From Leptogorgia sarmentosa (taxonomy: Eukaryota), in assembly GCA_964658305.1 (NCBI GenBank), contig OZ210884.1, positions 7,502,001-7,566,000 of the forward strand: a stretch of DNA of 64,000 nucleotides, in the 5' to 3' direction. Position numbers and translations under genes: made by a program. This document shows positions 1 through 14,395 of the stretch, piece by piece. Each line of letters begins with the position of its first letter. The stretch's first letter is position 1. Under the pieces are notes generated by a model. It did no database searches and was not told the DNA's origin. It worked only from the letters and a program-made list of their open reading frames with translations.

Positions 1-3000
1 GCCGAAGTGAGCCCGTTTCTCCCTCTGGGCCAATCATTGCCAAGACTGTTGTGAAGAGGATTAGGGAATATAGAATAGACAAACCGATGGTACAGAATAT
101 AAAAATCCCAAACTGTTTAAAGAAGATAATTTTAGCTGCTAACATAAAGATTGATGATCCCAGTGTGGTACAAGCACCAGAGAAGACGGATATCCCCACA
201 TGACCCAATGTGTACTTCACTCTTGCAACTCGATCTTCACCTTCCAATTCCATATATCCATCTGCTAAATGTACGACGTAATCCACCGCTAGACCAACAA
301 CGAGTGTTAGATTAAGAGATTCAAACACTCCAAGATTCCAGCCAAGAATTGGGATCAAACCAAGAACACCACCTGTTACCATAGCGATTGTTAGGGTCGC
401 CATGAGACCAACAATGATGTTTGCTGTTGCCAGCGTTAGCACAACCAATGCAAGACCTAAACCAGTACCGATTCCAGAGAATGCACTGTTGACTAAAATC
501 TGCGAGGAAAAATAAAATGAATTATTTTTAGGTTAATATTTTCCCGAAGAAGAGCCTTTGCTTAAAACATTGATTTGTATTTTTTTAATTTCATACAGCT
601 AGCTCAAATTTTTGCCACCATGTTAATCTGTCAATAGTGTTCTCAAAGTTTGAATATTTTCTAAAAAAACTACCTCTTGTACTTTCAGCCATTGCCACTC
701 GTTTCTTGCTGAAACCGTTGCCTGGAAACCATTGTTACATGACGATGGCATGTCATTCATCTAAACAAAACGCAACAATAATATTTTAGATGTAGTACCG
801 TTTCATTCCTCTTATATTTATCTGTTTAATATACGAGCGAGATTTCAAAATGCAGCAAAAGTTCCTCTCATTACCCAAGATTCATCGTTTCGAGTGCCCT
901 CAACTAGTGCCCTCACTCGAAACGTTGAATCTTCTTGACGTATTCTTTTGCGGAGTGAGTAGAGCCTAACGTTCGCTGCTTTTTGATGATGCCATCCGTA
1001 TTGAAGTTTAAATTCACTTAGTTTAATATTAAAATAACTTACTTCATTCTGAATAAATTCTTCCCAGTTATCATGGATCGGTAGGCCATCCCTGTATCCC
1101 AACGTGATAGGATTTAAGGTTGTATTGAAGGCAATAGCAACATACAATAAACGATTACCAAACTTGTTTCCTTCAAAATAACAGATACACAAGTTTATGA
1201 CAAGAGTGAAGGGAAAACGAAGTATTGAATGTTGATTACAATTAGATTTAATAGACAGATAAAAAGGATGATAACTATATAACAATACATAATAACAGTT
1301 GCAGATTTAATTTAATTTTGAAATGTAGTAAAATGTATTGTTGATAGAGGCTAGCCTTGAGGATCTCATAGTTTCACTAAGCTTTGATGAAGAAAGAACC
1401 GAAGAAATTTGAGAGATCAGCAAAAGCTGTATGACTACTTACAGTCCCCTACTGGCTGGAATAACAACATAAATCATAGTGTTACCTTTTATACTCCCAC
1501 GGTTTGCAATAGAAGACGGATCAACTTCTCCTCCGAACAAATCTTGATATTTATCATAATCGTAACTAGAAGCAAAGTCTGGTGAGGCTCCTTGTGTTAT
1601 AAAATAACCCAATCCTACTTCAAAGAATCTGTAATATGATGATGGTAAATCATTGACGGAGATGTTGAATATCTTTGGATTAAGTTCCATTAACGTTGTC
1701 ATTTTGGCAGAATTGACAGGAAAACCAAACTGTGTTCCATTTGGGTATTGGGTTTTGTTACCTTCGTCCTATAAAAACAAAATAAATGTGTTATTAATAC
1801 AAGTTTTCTAGGGATACACATGCTGTACGTCCATCCTTGCAACGCTTAATATAGGCAAATTAAATTAGGCATGTAAGAAATGACATCACCTTTGGGTAGT
1901 GATATCAAATGAGATCACACAAGCGAAATTTGAGGTTGTCTTAATGTTATCAGGAAACTTTTTTTAATGACATCTATAAGTACTGAGATTTACCAAACTA
2001 TGTATATAAACTACCCAGTCTGTTACTACCATAGCCCGCCCAAGTTAGCTACTGAATTCAAGAAAATTGGAAGTCTTGGCGGTTGTGTTTGTATGGTGTG
2101 TTTGCATAATATGTAGCCTGAACATTCCAGAATATCACATTTTGTATAAAATAAATGTCTTTCCATATTTACTTACTGTTAGATACTCATCCATTCGTTC
2201 AAATATGCACTCCATTTCAACTTCGCCCGTGACTTGACTTCGTCTAAGTTTTAACTTTTCCTCTTGGGCAGGAGAAGGATTTTTCATTCTTTTACAAAAA
2301 TCCTAAGTTCAAGAAAGGCATGTAAAAATTTATTTCCTTGTACTTGATGGCGTTAGCTGGTCATGCTGAACTTAAATGTTCATGATAACAGAAATGGTAG
2401 ATAAAATTAATAGGGTTTACTTATTAATTTAATAGGGAATAATGTTAAAAATTACGCTGATATACAGTATACGCATCGCAAACGCAAATAAAATAAATTA
2501 CACAAGCATCAATCCATATGGGATAGAGCAATGGTACAGTGCATAAAACCCAGGCTTTTTGTCACAATGTTATTTACTTGATAAAATTGTGACTGTACCG
2601 AGGTCAAACAGGAAGATATGCCTACTACCTAATGTTAGTATATCACCCTGGCGACAGAATAATAACAAATCTCGGTTGTAAGATAACACAAGAGTGCAGA
2701 TTATGTTTTCAAATAGCTGTAGACAAAAATGATGTTTTTTTTATTATGTGTTACTTACCAGGATGGAGTCTTGGCAGGGAGGAGGATTCAAATCAAAGCT
2801 CTTGTCAAACACTGTTTTTCCTTTGCATTCAAAGTCAGTGTGATGGCAATCACTTCGATCCTGGTCTTTCAATCCCCAAACAACATGGACGACGATAACA
2901 TTATCTTCCTGACTTGGACGGAATGAATCTCTTGATAGAGAGTTTGCACGGCCCCAGTTTGTTTCGTCTGACCACGGGTTAATCTAAGAATTCATAGAAA

Positions 3001-6000
3001 AATATTGAGAATGCAGTGAAAATTTCCATGGAAATGATGCATGAAAGCGGTGTACAATTCCACAAACTGTCTGCTGTTGAACTGATAAAAGGCAAAAATG
3101 TCAAGGGCTCACACCTGTTCAGTGTCTGGTTCCAACTTAGTTGAAAATGTAATGGACACGACCAACAGCACGGTAAAGATCACAAGCACCACCCAACGAG
3201 TAATTTTGTGAGTAATGACGTATTTGAAAAACGGTCCCTCGAAGAAATCAATGATATGTTGAGAAATAGGCTTCCTTGGTTTCTCGTTGATAGCCATTTC
3301 TGAACTCTGACTTGTGTCGGCTCTTCTCGTACACAATGGGAAGCAGCAGCAATTTCCTTGTCGATCCTGCTGGTACATCATTATTACCGTTGGAAAGAAG
3401 AGGATAACTGATAAGTAGTTGATAAGGATAAGAATACCTGAGAATAGACCGAATGAAGAAACTGCAAGTAACGGGGACTGGACATTTGAGAGAAAAGCCA
3501 TCATTGTTGTGAATGAGGTGATGAGAGTCGCTTTTGCAGCTCTTTTGTAGACTGATGTTAAACGCATCGCCATATTCTTATGTGGGGAGTGGTGAGATTG
3601 TTTCCAAGAGTCCATAAACACAAAGATATTATCCGAACCAATACCGAGGATGATAAAGATAGACAAAACATGGAAAATTCCAAAGAATCTATAATCAAAT
3701 ACTACTCTGTAGATGAGATTTGCAATGTTGAAGCTTGAAATGACACTGAAGATGCCGAGTGAGGTGATCCAGAGCGAGCCAGTTTGAAACCACATGAAAA
3801 GAAATATAAATATAAAGCTCGCCACAGCTAACATCATGTCGAGGATAACTTGCTTTATGGTCGCATCCACGAACAATGCCAGATTGTTATAGACAAAGTC
3901 CATGCTTCCAATGCCATCTTTAAAAGTGTCCTCAAGTTTTGTGGCGAATGTATCGACAATTTCCTTGTCTATTTCTTCTTTTTGATCATCATCGCGGTCG
4001 TCTGTACTATTGAATCCTTCAATTGGCCAGCCAGAATACATGAGGGTTCTCGTGATTTCAGATTCTGCCACCGTTTGGGTAATAACAGCATCCTTGCCAA
4101 GATGGAAGTTCAAAATCGCTCTACTTAGATTTACTGATTGCGCAGCGTGAAGAACCTTGGGAATGTTTTCGAATTTCGGATCATTGAGATCAGCATTGAT
4201 TCCCTTATAAGAACCATCGAAAAATCTCAAAATGGACAAAGGCTTCTTGCACATTGATTTTGTCGAGTCAGTTTTATTGTATTCCAATTGGCAGAGTTTC
4301 TTTTGGTACACACTGTCCATGAAGAGACTCTTTTCAAAATTTTCTATTTCTTTCAAATTTTCTTTGGAGAAAACGTTGCCTCCTTTGCTTTCATAGAAAT
4401 AAACAAATGGCTGATACTCCATGCTTCGCAATTTCTGGTCTCCATTAAGTTTGACGACAGCGTCATCGTCCCTAACGTGCAGCCAAGCATCCGTACGAAG
4501 TTTTGTTGAATCATCTTTCAAGTCAAGTGGCAAAGTGGAGAAATTTATAGGGATCACGTCATATCCGCTAGCAAGTAGTATTCCAGATATAAGGATCATA
4601 AAAAGATGCGCACCCAATGTGATTCCTGAAAATAGAAATATCAAAAATATCTTAGGTAAATAAAGAATATTAGTTGAGAGCAAAATTTACAAGAAAATCA
4701 ATTCATATTAAGAAATGGGTGGTGGGAGAAACCAGGTAGAGACAGAACACTCAAGTGTCCATCAATTATCAGTGCCATTTTTTAGGTATATTTGCACACG
4801 TTCATACTGGTTTATGCTTTATAAAATTTATACATTGCCACCCGGCGCAATAATTTAATGCCTCAGTCACGTTTATATACGTTGATCCATGTGTTGGAGC
4901 TGTGTTTATCGACAGTTGCTTGGCAACAAATTAATCGACGCATTTGGATTTGGTCGTTAAATATATTTTACATGAGAAATTTACAATTGACTGTCAATGT
5001 GAGCATCTGCACTCGAATTTGCTTTCAATATAGAGCTTGTTCATCATTTGCAATCCGGATCCCGTATCCTAGGAAACCGGATAAACGCAGAAAAATAACT
5101 TGTTTGAACAACATAGTTCAGATGGACATATCATCGCTTTAATTGCATTTTTCGTGTTTTTTTTACATCGATTGACAACTTGTGCGAGACTATTGAAGTG
5201 CTTACGTCAAACGGTAAATTTATTCCCTACATGTTTCCCACGTTGCATTGCGATTCATTGTTTTGACACTAGCGTGACGTAAGCACTTCTAAGGGCTATT
5301 GAAACGTATCGTTTACACTATACGCTATCTAGATCTAGTGCGTAGGTAGCAGATAATATCATGAAAATGCCTCAAAGGTTACATGCACTCACTATCCATA
5401 CAACATACGGAATGCGATTTGACGTCCAAAAGAACGATATGTAATCTTTTTACCATCCTCTCAAAAACGTAGCTAAATAAATAGTAGATTTTCCCAATAT
5501 TACAATCTATACAAGTAGAATTAATAAATGACGTGCACGTTTTGCCCTGCTAATTGAGGCTGAATCACCTGCTAATGGAGGCTGATAGCAGCTAGCTATC
5601 TTAAGTTCAACGGCATGTTTAATATTTTTTCGTATGAACAGTTATTCACAGTTAATGACGTTGTGTCTATGTATGCTAAAACCGTCTATCGTAATTTGGT
5701 AGGTCATTATAAAATCAATTGAATATATAGGAGGAAGTGATTTCTATAACACACATATATAGTGACTGAATGACTTTTTGAGGATTGGCTTGTAACCAAT
5801 GCAACAAACTAGCGAATTCACAAACAACGTACGCAAAAGGGTATAATTCGCCTGGCAACTCCTGCTTGAAGTAGGAAAGAGTTCAAAAAACCTTTTTGAG
5901 TATTCAGTTGTTATCTTTTGCAAATCCGTCATATGATTCCGGTCGTACTCGTTCAATATCTGTACAGTCAAAACTCAAACTGTCATAGCGGATGCAGGTG

Positions 6001-7418
6001 GGATCATATGCTCTTATCATGCCTTGAACTCCCGAATTATGTTTGGTCATGTTTCACCTGATATAAGATTACAAATCCGATTAAAAAAAAGTCGATTTAA
6101 AAATCCCCGTAGGGCGTAGAATATCATCTTCAAAATAATTTGGATTATGTGTCTTGATTAAAACAAGCATACACGAATTCAGCAGAGCTATAACATGTAA
6201 ATATATATATTTTTCATCCCATTCACAACAAACGACTGAACTTAAACTCATTTGAATACGAGGGCATTGGACAACACATTCAATTACGCAGTGATGAGAA
6301 GCGATGCATACTGTAATAACTTGAAAACGCGAGCAAGTCTTACATATTTTGTCATTTGCCTTGAATATTTTCCCCTCAAAATAAGATCATTGCGGAACGA
6401 AATTAGGCAAAGATTGTTAGAATCCTTTAGAGTCTCATATTCAGACAGAAAACTATCATTGTTTTATAATCCCTTATCTAAAGTATGCATGGACTGTCAA
6501 CTGCACCCTCGTTATGAAGCTCACGTTCTAAAAGGAACATTGAACGACAGCGTGTGCCCAAAAGCTGCACTGTGAATACAAGGATTATTTCAAGTTATTG
6601 AAAATCCAGGTTACGAAGCAAGTGGTTAAATAGGCGTCTGTGTGTAATGGATTAGAACATATTCAATAAAAATCGTAGCTTGACGCGGCCGTGGCAAAAC
6701 TGTCTCTCACAGGTAGATCACAATCACATATTGTCGCTTACATGCAGTGAATGACGAAATAGTAATTATTCCTGCTTTTTAACAGGATTTTTTTTTCTAC
6801 ATGCCCGAGGGACTAATTTATCAGGTCTGCCGCATATGTATATTTTAAACATAAGACAGTCTGAAGTATACAGCTTTGAATTTTGTCATATACTGTCCTA
6901 AAACATCGTAAATGTTACATGACACTCGCCCAGTGTGCTGTATATACAGTAGTAAAATACGGAGGCATGAAAATATAGAGCTATATTTTAAAATCTCATC
7001 TGTTTTCTTTATGCCATTAATATTCTAAAGATAATGAATGCTGCAAGCGTACATGCTGAGTGAATTTTTGTTTTGTTCGTTTTTTCCCGGCTGCGAACTC
7101 AAACACCGATACCTAATACACAGTAATTTGAAAAACGGCAAACATACCAAAAGCCAAGCGATGATGCTTGACAATAAAGCGACAGAGGCCCAAAGGACTG
7201 TTTTCATCGTCATCTTCATCATAATCGTTTTCGTGTGTCATGCTATCGGTTACTTCCTCGGAGCTATCCTGGGCTTTCCTAACATTACTGCCATTTTCAT
7301 GTATCTCTTCAATTTCCTCTTTCATTATCATATTATCGTTAAATTCAATAACTGCACCATTCTCAGTTTTCTGGGGTGCTATGGCGTTGGTTCTTCCAAG
7401 TTCTATGTCTCCCGTCAT
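1..7418 (-). CDS. Dispatched/Patched-domain (RND superfamily, sterol-sensing domain) multipass membrane protein; 3' end lies beyond the window
   Basis: Phase-consistent GT/AG exons read by hand: 7148-7418 (ATG, acidic N-terminus), 3115-4625, 2759-2983, 2177-2302, 1486-1768, 1043-1170, 674-760, 1-499 (open to the edge). The SSD has a TM4-like GIGSDNIFV and KATLITSFTTMMAF. The second TM half has a TM10-like LVVGLAVDYVVHLA and GWNLGVFES, typical of the Dispatched/PTCHD2 group. Confidence 0.9.
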
Positions 7419-9904
7419 CTTGCAAATGTGGCTGATGTTGCCAGTGGTTTGTGTTCAATGTTTATATGCAGCGCATTCAAAAGTACTTCCGTGACGTCAT
7501 TGCACTACTTAATGACGTATTGACCTTCCTAGCCCTTCCCTCCCTTGTTACGTGCGCGTGGGTAGTTTGGCTGGTTCAGAAATAGCTAATTAGGTAATGC
7601 AAAGCATAGCGATATTACATAATTCAAATCCACCACCAAAGAAGACTTCAAATTGCATATCAACATCATTTTATTTATTCAACATCATTGACAACATATT
7701 TGACAATAACATTATAATGCAGTGAAAATTCTACTCACTCTAAGCGGTACAATATAGAATTTGACCTTTCCAATGTGACTGGAACTTTAATGACCTACTG
7801 TATCAGATTACGATCGACGTGTTTTGAAATATATCATTCTCCGAAATGTATTAAACTCATTCTTAAGGCTAACATGTTCAGGAAATTTACCGCATGGAAT
7901 ATTCAAATTGAATCAATGATTATTCATCTCAATTTTTATGCGATTTTGCCTGAGTGAAAGTGATATTATCAGTCTAGCCTAGCCTATAAGGAGGAAATAT
8001 ATATAACGACCTTATTTTAAACCGTATATTATATACCTTGCTAGCATATAAAGCGATCAATTTATCTTGTCAGCTAATTGTAAATATAATTTGCGTTTAG
8101 CCTGTCTTCTGTGGGGTGAAATAGTTCCACCGAGCCTGAAATTTGGTAATTTACATATACTACAAAACATCCACAATTATAATTTTGAATTCAATCCTTC
8201 GACTCGTGCGCTACCATCGTGATTGCATGCGCCTTGCATGTTATGTAATTCAACATATCGGAAGTAGCTAAACAAATCTGAGTGGGTAAATGACGGGAGT
8301 GAAATCGTTTTGGTCCTATTTTCCTTTGACGGTAGCCTTTCATTCAAAAGCAAGTCATCAAGAATATTGAACTTGAATAACTTTGAAAAGTTCTATATGC
8401 ATGTACCAAAGCAATTATCTCTCACGGATTCGATTTGATTGGCAGATTTGTGCTCAATTTCCATGTAACAATCCCAAATCTTAATCTCTAATCGTGAGTG
8501 TAAAACCAACGCTACATCGCCCTAGCCATATTGGCTAGCTACTCATCCTATAGTGATCAGCCACTCAGGAAATAGTAATATTGAAGTTAAATAACCCCAG
8601 GCAAACTTTGACTCGACTGTCACAACACTATGGCCGATTATATTCCTACCAACCAATTCATTTGTAACATCAAAATAGTAAATGTATAAGAATCTTTTCA
8701 TTTTTGGTATTAACTCCTGTTCACTTGGCTTAAATAAACGTAAATATTTATAGGTTGTGTGTTGCTCATAAAACGAAAACGTACATATAATTCTTGTGTT
8801 GTATATGTTATTAGTATTCAATGAATATCCCGCCAATTTCGATGATTACGAAGAATGAAATTTGGAAGTATTTCTAAAGTATAGATGCGAATTCTTTCCC
8901 AAAACAATCATCATTCCACTAGCGTATTTGCAGCCAGCGTTGACGTAAAAATTACGTAGACAGTGTAATTGGCGGAACTGTGCTAGAATAAAGCTCGTGT
9001 TACTCAAATAAATCTTGTCCAATGTCTCAGAAATTACCGTATATTTACTCGTTTGAGCACCGGCCCCGAATGTTTAAAGTCCTAATTTTTTTTAGTTTTT
9101 GACGAAATGAAACTGATTTGAACTATAAACAAGGCCAATGATTTAAACTTACGTCATCAAATAAATCGTAGCTAAAAAATTGCAGCGTGTATTAGCCACA
9201 TTTTTAATCTAAATGGTTTAATTACAAGCTATTAATTCTAATAATTAAGCTTCTTTAACTTCTTTAACGTCAATACGTGGGTCATATACATCCAGTATTT
9301 TAATCGTTTTTATAAACTCTAGAGGAATTTCGTACGAAGAAAAAGGTATCAACTTATCAATGAATGTATTTGAAGTCAACCTTACTCAATTTTAATACAA
9401 ATAATATAAGGTTGGGAAAGAGTTGTCCCACATATTTATTTTCGCAAGTTAAATCTCTTTCTGATGATCGATTGATATATTTAATTTAATGAGCCATTAG
9501 CTCACTTGCTGAAAATATGTTTTCTTCCAGATTTAAATAATATGATTATTGATTGTAGTTGCTTTATAAATCAGTCATACTGCCATGTTCTTCGTCGCAC
9601 GAGATGAAAGGGATAGGTCATAAGATTCAGCGTTAATCTTGGAATATCATATCTTATATAGGTCTTAATAAAAGTCCTAAAAAGGTTTCTGATGACCTCT
9701 TAGATGAGTCTTTTTGAAAATAGTGTAGTCATGTTTGTATTGCATTTTTGTTTCCTGTGTCTTTGTTTTGGGATCTTCTCGTAGTCGTAAAACTGCTTGA
9801 AAGCTAACTCTGTTGGTAACCTACATGGCAACAGCGGAAGTATACAGTAGGCGGATTACTTTACAACGTATTCCCCTTTGGAAACTGTCAGTATTGTTAT
9901 GCAG

Positions 9905-10133
9905 GGGCCGGTTGTATCAAAGGCGCAGTTTAGCTTAAACGGTGGATATTAAGTAAAAAATCTTAAACAAAATTGTGAACTATTGACTTCAAGAAAACTA
10001 AACATTTCTGTCTAAACATAACCACTATACATAAAACTACACATTCACTTGATTATTTACAAAATGAATGTAAGTGTTTTTAAAATTTTGCTTATCCACC
10101 GTTTAAGCTAAACGCCTTTGATACAACCGGCCC
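9905..10133. mobile_element. PIF/Harbinger-like MITE
   Basis: ~40-bp terminal inverted repeats GGGCCGGTTGTATCAAAGGCG..TTTAGCTTAAACGGTGGATA / TATCCACCGTTTAAGCTAAACGCCTTTGATACAACCGGCCC, flanked by a 3-bp CAG duplication. Confidence 0.8.
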
Positions 10134-13100
10134 CAGATGTTGAAGGTCACATCGTGAATCCGTGATCCAACTTATTCTTTGATCTAAACAGGGGAAGTTA
10201 TCAACTTTTTGCAATGTTCAAGAAAACAGGATTGAGCAATGTTTTACTGCCCACTTGTTCATATTTTTCGACACTACTATTCTCGGCGATTTCTTTCACC
10301 TTAACTTATTCCTCCGTAACTTATTCGGGGTCACTCTTCGCCTTGGATTCAGTTGTTCCTTTGTCGACATGGTCATTTCCATTCAAACAACCTACTGATT
10401 AAAGTTAATACGAAGCTAGGCCACCGATACGAAACAGATACGAGATATTTTTGTATATAAACTGCGCCAAATTAACATAATTGTTATGTGTGCAAGTACG
10501 GATTAAGGCATCGTTTAGAAAATCTTATATTACTATAAGCATGCTCTATGCTGGCCGCTTTAATATTTCTGGGTTTACGTGTCGACGGGCGAAAACGATT
10601 TGAATACGCTACGTGAACCTGCGTTTTCAAAAATTCGTGTGGGCAGGGCCTCACTAAAAAGGTCGAGAAAAAGGGCTGGAACATGTAACATGCCCTACAA
10701 ATGTTGACATATTTGTAAAACTAAAATAAATCTATGTTGCCTTGCGATGTTTTTAGTTTTTCTTGAAATTTTCAAATTTTGACAAGGCTTAATAAAACGA
10801 GACCTAGCTAATGAACATGCCACAAAAACCTCATCCAGCAATTGTTTTTTCACTATTCACTGTTCAACTTCGTGATGTGACGTGTTTGCATGGGGATTAC
10901 TGTGTCAAATGCCCACTCAGTGGGATGTAAACTTTTTGCGTGGACTGATCCTGTTGACGTCATGCAGTGCAAATCGTCCGCTCAAAAGCGTGGGCTGTGA
11001 TGTTGACACAAAGGTTGCGTGTATTCATTTAGATATGAAGGACAAATAAATGTTAATGCGCACCGACTACTTAAATAAAAGCGTCGGATAATCGTCATGT
11101 GAAAATAATGATGGTCACGAACTAACTAAAATTTACACGTTACTCTACTAAAATTTTGATTCAAAAAGTAAATAAACTTTATCCAATTCAAATCAACTAC
11201 CTGAAAGCGTTGGCTGGTACAGTAATGCTGAAATAAAGACTGCATGTGACAAGCTAAACGTGACTTCGGGAAGTCATGTCAATAAGATACAACAACAAGC
11301 TTTTTTGCTTTGTAAACATGCAAAAAGTTTATACAAATCTTTGACGGAGCCTGTTCGATTTACAACATACTTACTAATGCATATACAAGCCTGTCTGGCC
11401 CCTATTTATTCAAGATGCGCGTGAAGATTTTAGTTTGTTTCACATTATTTTACGTCCATGATGAACGTAACGCTATATTAGTAAATACGTTGTACGCTTG
11501 ACGATTTCAGTTTCTGCACAGACTTGTTGCACAGAAAATTCGCCGGGAGTGTGTGTCGTATTGTTTTCAGTTTAACATTGTGTAATTTAGTGTAAAATCA
11601 CTTATTTCAAGGTGAAATGGGAGGTTATGTGGTTCAAATCACCATTAATAAAGCATGGTCATTTGTCATATTTCCGGTACATTTTCCATACGGTATGTTG
11701 GAAGAATTTTTGCATGTGTAAGAAACTATCGCGAACACAGACAATATGTCTGCCATATTCTTCTTCCTATCACATTTCCTTATCTGTCTAGCACTGTGTT
11801 TAATACATCTTAAATAAATCTCTTCTTGATGATAGTTTTACTGCCATAACGTACGGAGCGCAAAAATACAAAGACTTCTGTCCTAAAATATCATCTTAGA
11901 ATTTCACAACGAAAGAAGAAAATAATCACGGAGCCCCGCGAATAGGAACAATGTAAATAACTATAGAAACCTGACACTTCATAATGCATGACATCTTCTG
12001 TAGTCAACTCCACTGGTCTAGAAATTAAACTGGATAATAAATGCAACTTATTTTATTATCCAGTGGTGGTGAAAATGTCGAATGAAGGAATGTTGAACTA
12101 TCAAAAAAACTTTCTCGGAAAATAAACTCGCAAATTCGGTAACGTTCCGCTATTTTTATGTTTGTGAAGGACAACAGTGTTTTGTTCGTTTCTCGGTGCA
12201 ATACGTTGCATTTGTGACCCAAAGTCAGCCTTTGTTTGTGTCTCAAAGGAATGAGCAGTTGCGTGGGAGACTACATATAACAGTGTTCCAGAGCCTTGAG
12301 CAAGAGAAAAAACCCTGGGTTCGAGGTTGCGTATGACAGGTCCAAGTGGTTGTCCAATCGTAGCTTAGAGCATTGAATAAATTCAGTGAATTCTCAACAA
12401 AATTTACGGCGGACTTCCGTTTTTAAATCTCAAGATTTATATTTCTTGTGGTTGTGGCGTATCCAAATTGCGGGCTATATAAACAGGGCTGCATTATGTA
12501 AAACAAGGAATGGCCTTCCTAGCTTCCTCAATACAGAACGGTCCATACAGCGGTTGCTGGAGTAAGCAATGACGGCCAAACTTAGTTAAGGTAAAAGCTA
12601 ACATTGCATATTCTTCGTATTTGTGATGTGTCATCATAATTTAACACAAACAACATTGAATCAACACCCAACGAACATTGAATTTGATTTTATAAGTTAC
12701 TACGTTTCTCCTCAATTGAAGGATGCCAAGCTGTTTTAACAGTGAAATATTAGAAATAGAAACAAGACCTATTCTTAGCCTTAGAACCGGAACATTATAC
12801 CAGTAAGAATCTTCAACTAACAACATTCTTTGAGGGAAGCTTCAAAGGAATGTAAACATTTTGACTCTTGCTTGACGTGACTTGCAAGTATAGATTTTGC
12901 TCGAATGCCGACTATAGGCACATCGATATCTGTATACGTATACATCTGTAAAAGCATACTGAAACCCGGCCAGGGCCGGCGCACGAGAGGATATAGATTT
13001 TCAGATTCAACTTTCAGATTCATATTCAGATTCAGAATCTGAAACGAGATCGGGTTTCTCAGTACAGAATGTGAAATTACTCACTCTTTTGTAGCAATAA

Positions 13101-13534
13101 GCCTAATCTCAAAAGTCATTCTTCTTTAGACTATTATTACTCTTCTGAAGAAATTATTTGTAAGATTTTAGCGCGAAATATGTAGTCTGGAAAAATCGCA
13201 GAAGCAAAGCAACGAAGACGTAAATTCACGCTGCGTCATATATTTGTCTCAGGCCGTCGCCAAAAATATTTCTCGCCGTATTTCTCAAAATACGCGCTCA
13301 CATCCGAAAGCATTCATTATTAGAATATAAAGAACTGTACAAAGCAAAAACCTTTGTTGTTTTATCAGGAAAATTCGCAAATCGCATCTCACCAGACGCG
13401 GCGTATGTAACCTGAAGCGTACGCTAATGAAGTATTAATAGTATCAAACAGGAAAATGGAATGAACAGCACGTACCTTAAAAGCACGTACCTGTCTCACA
13501 CACTTCTTTTCGGCCGCCATTTTCGTGTTTTTAT

Positions 13535-13765
13535 TGACTCGCCCCCGTCCACATCCTTTAAACCCCTGGTTTAAATCCCGGCGTAATTTATATCGCGGGT
13601 GTTAAATCCCCGCCTAATACCCCGGTTTACAAAAACGTGTTGTTAATTCTACCGCCCTCCCGGGCATAGCACGTTGTTAAATAGCGTTAAATCCCCGCTA
13701 AATTTTGTTAATTCCCCGCTATGTCCCGGGGGTGGGGGGGCCGTGGTGTCAATTGACTGAAGCAT
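13535..13765. repeat. GC-rich interspersed repeat fragment with short internal repeats (TTAAATCCCCGC-like)
   Basis: Several TTAAATCCC(C)GC variants and a poly-G stretch in an AT-rich background. Family not identified. Confidence 0.4.
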
Positions 13766-14050
13766 TAAGTAAATGCGTAGCACACGACACATATTCACTG
13801 TGCAGCATTCATCTTGAAAGTCATTCTTCTACAACTATCATACAGTGATAAGGATTACTTGTCATTTTCAAACAACCGCTTGTTTTGGCAGGAAAGATCG
13901 CAAAACACAACTTGCCATGTGCGCAAAAATCCGGGGGACCTACAGAAATTCCTTAATAAAAGTTTCTCTAGCCTGAAAAACTACGTAAAATCACTTATTT
14001 TTGCCGTGCATATGCACCAGCTAACTATATCGTGGACTAAACATCAATGC

Positions 14051-14168
14051 TTAGACTTGCTCCAAGTCTGTCTCTTATGTGGGTTTTTCGGGGGTTATAT
14101 CAATAGGTTTTATATGCCATTAGCCACCCGAAAAACCCACATAAGAGACAGACTTGTAGCAAGTCTAA
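14051..14168. repeat. ~118-bp palindromic hairpin element (mini-MITE) upstream of STAND gene 1
   Basis: TTAGACTTGCTCCAAGTCTGTCTCTTATGTGGGTTTTTCGGG pairs with CCCGAAAAACCCACATAAGAGACAGACTTGTAGCAAGTCTAA (one mismatch). Confidence 0.75.
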
Positions 14169-14395
14169 TCTATGCTTCAAAAATTACCAATTGCTTCTCA
14201 TAAAAAGGAACCTTAGAGTCACTTTGATAAATACACAAAGGGGGGAGTGCTTGCAGGAACCACACTGACCTAGCTCGTACCCAGGCCCTTGATAGGTTGA
14301 TCCTCGCACTCGCTAAGGAACATTATTGTCTTGACGGGAATAGATGATACAGATCTGTTTTATGCCCTTGCAGGTAATCAGTTTATTACAAAATA

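Noticed and set aside
7038..7523. 161-aa hydrophobic + strand ORF
   Set aside because: Antisense shadow of the acidic first exon of the Dispatched-like gene.
13814..14203. 129-aa ORF upstream of STAND gene 1
   Set aside because: TTG start, runs through a palindromic repeat, and has no domain signature.
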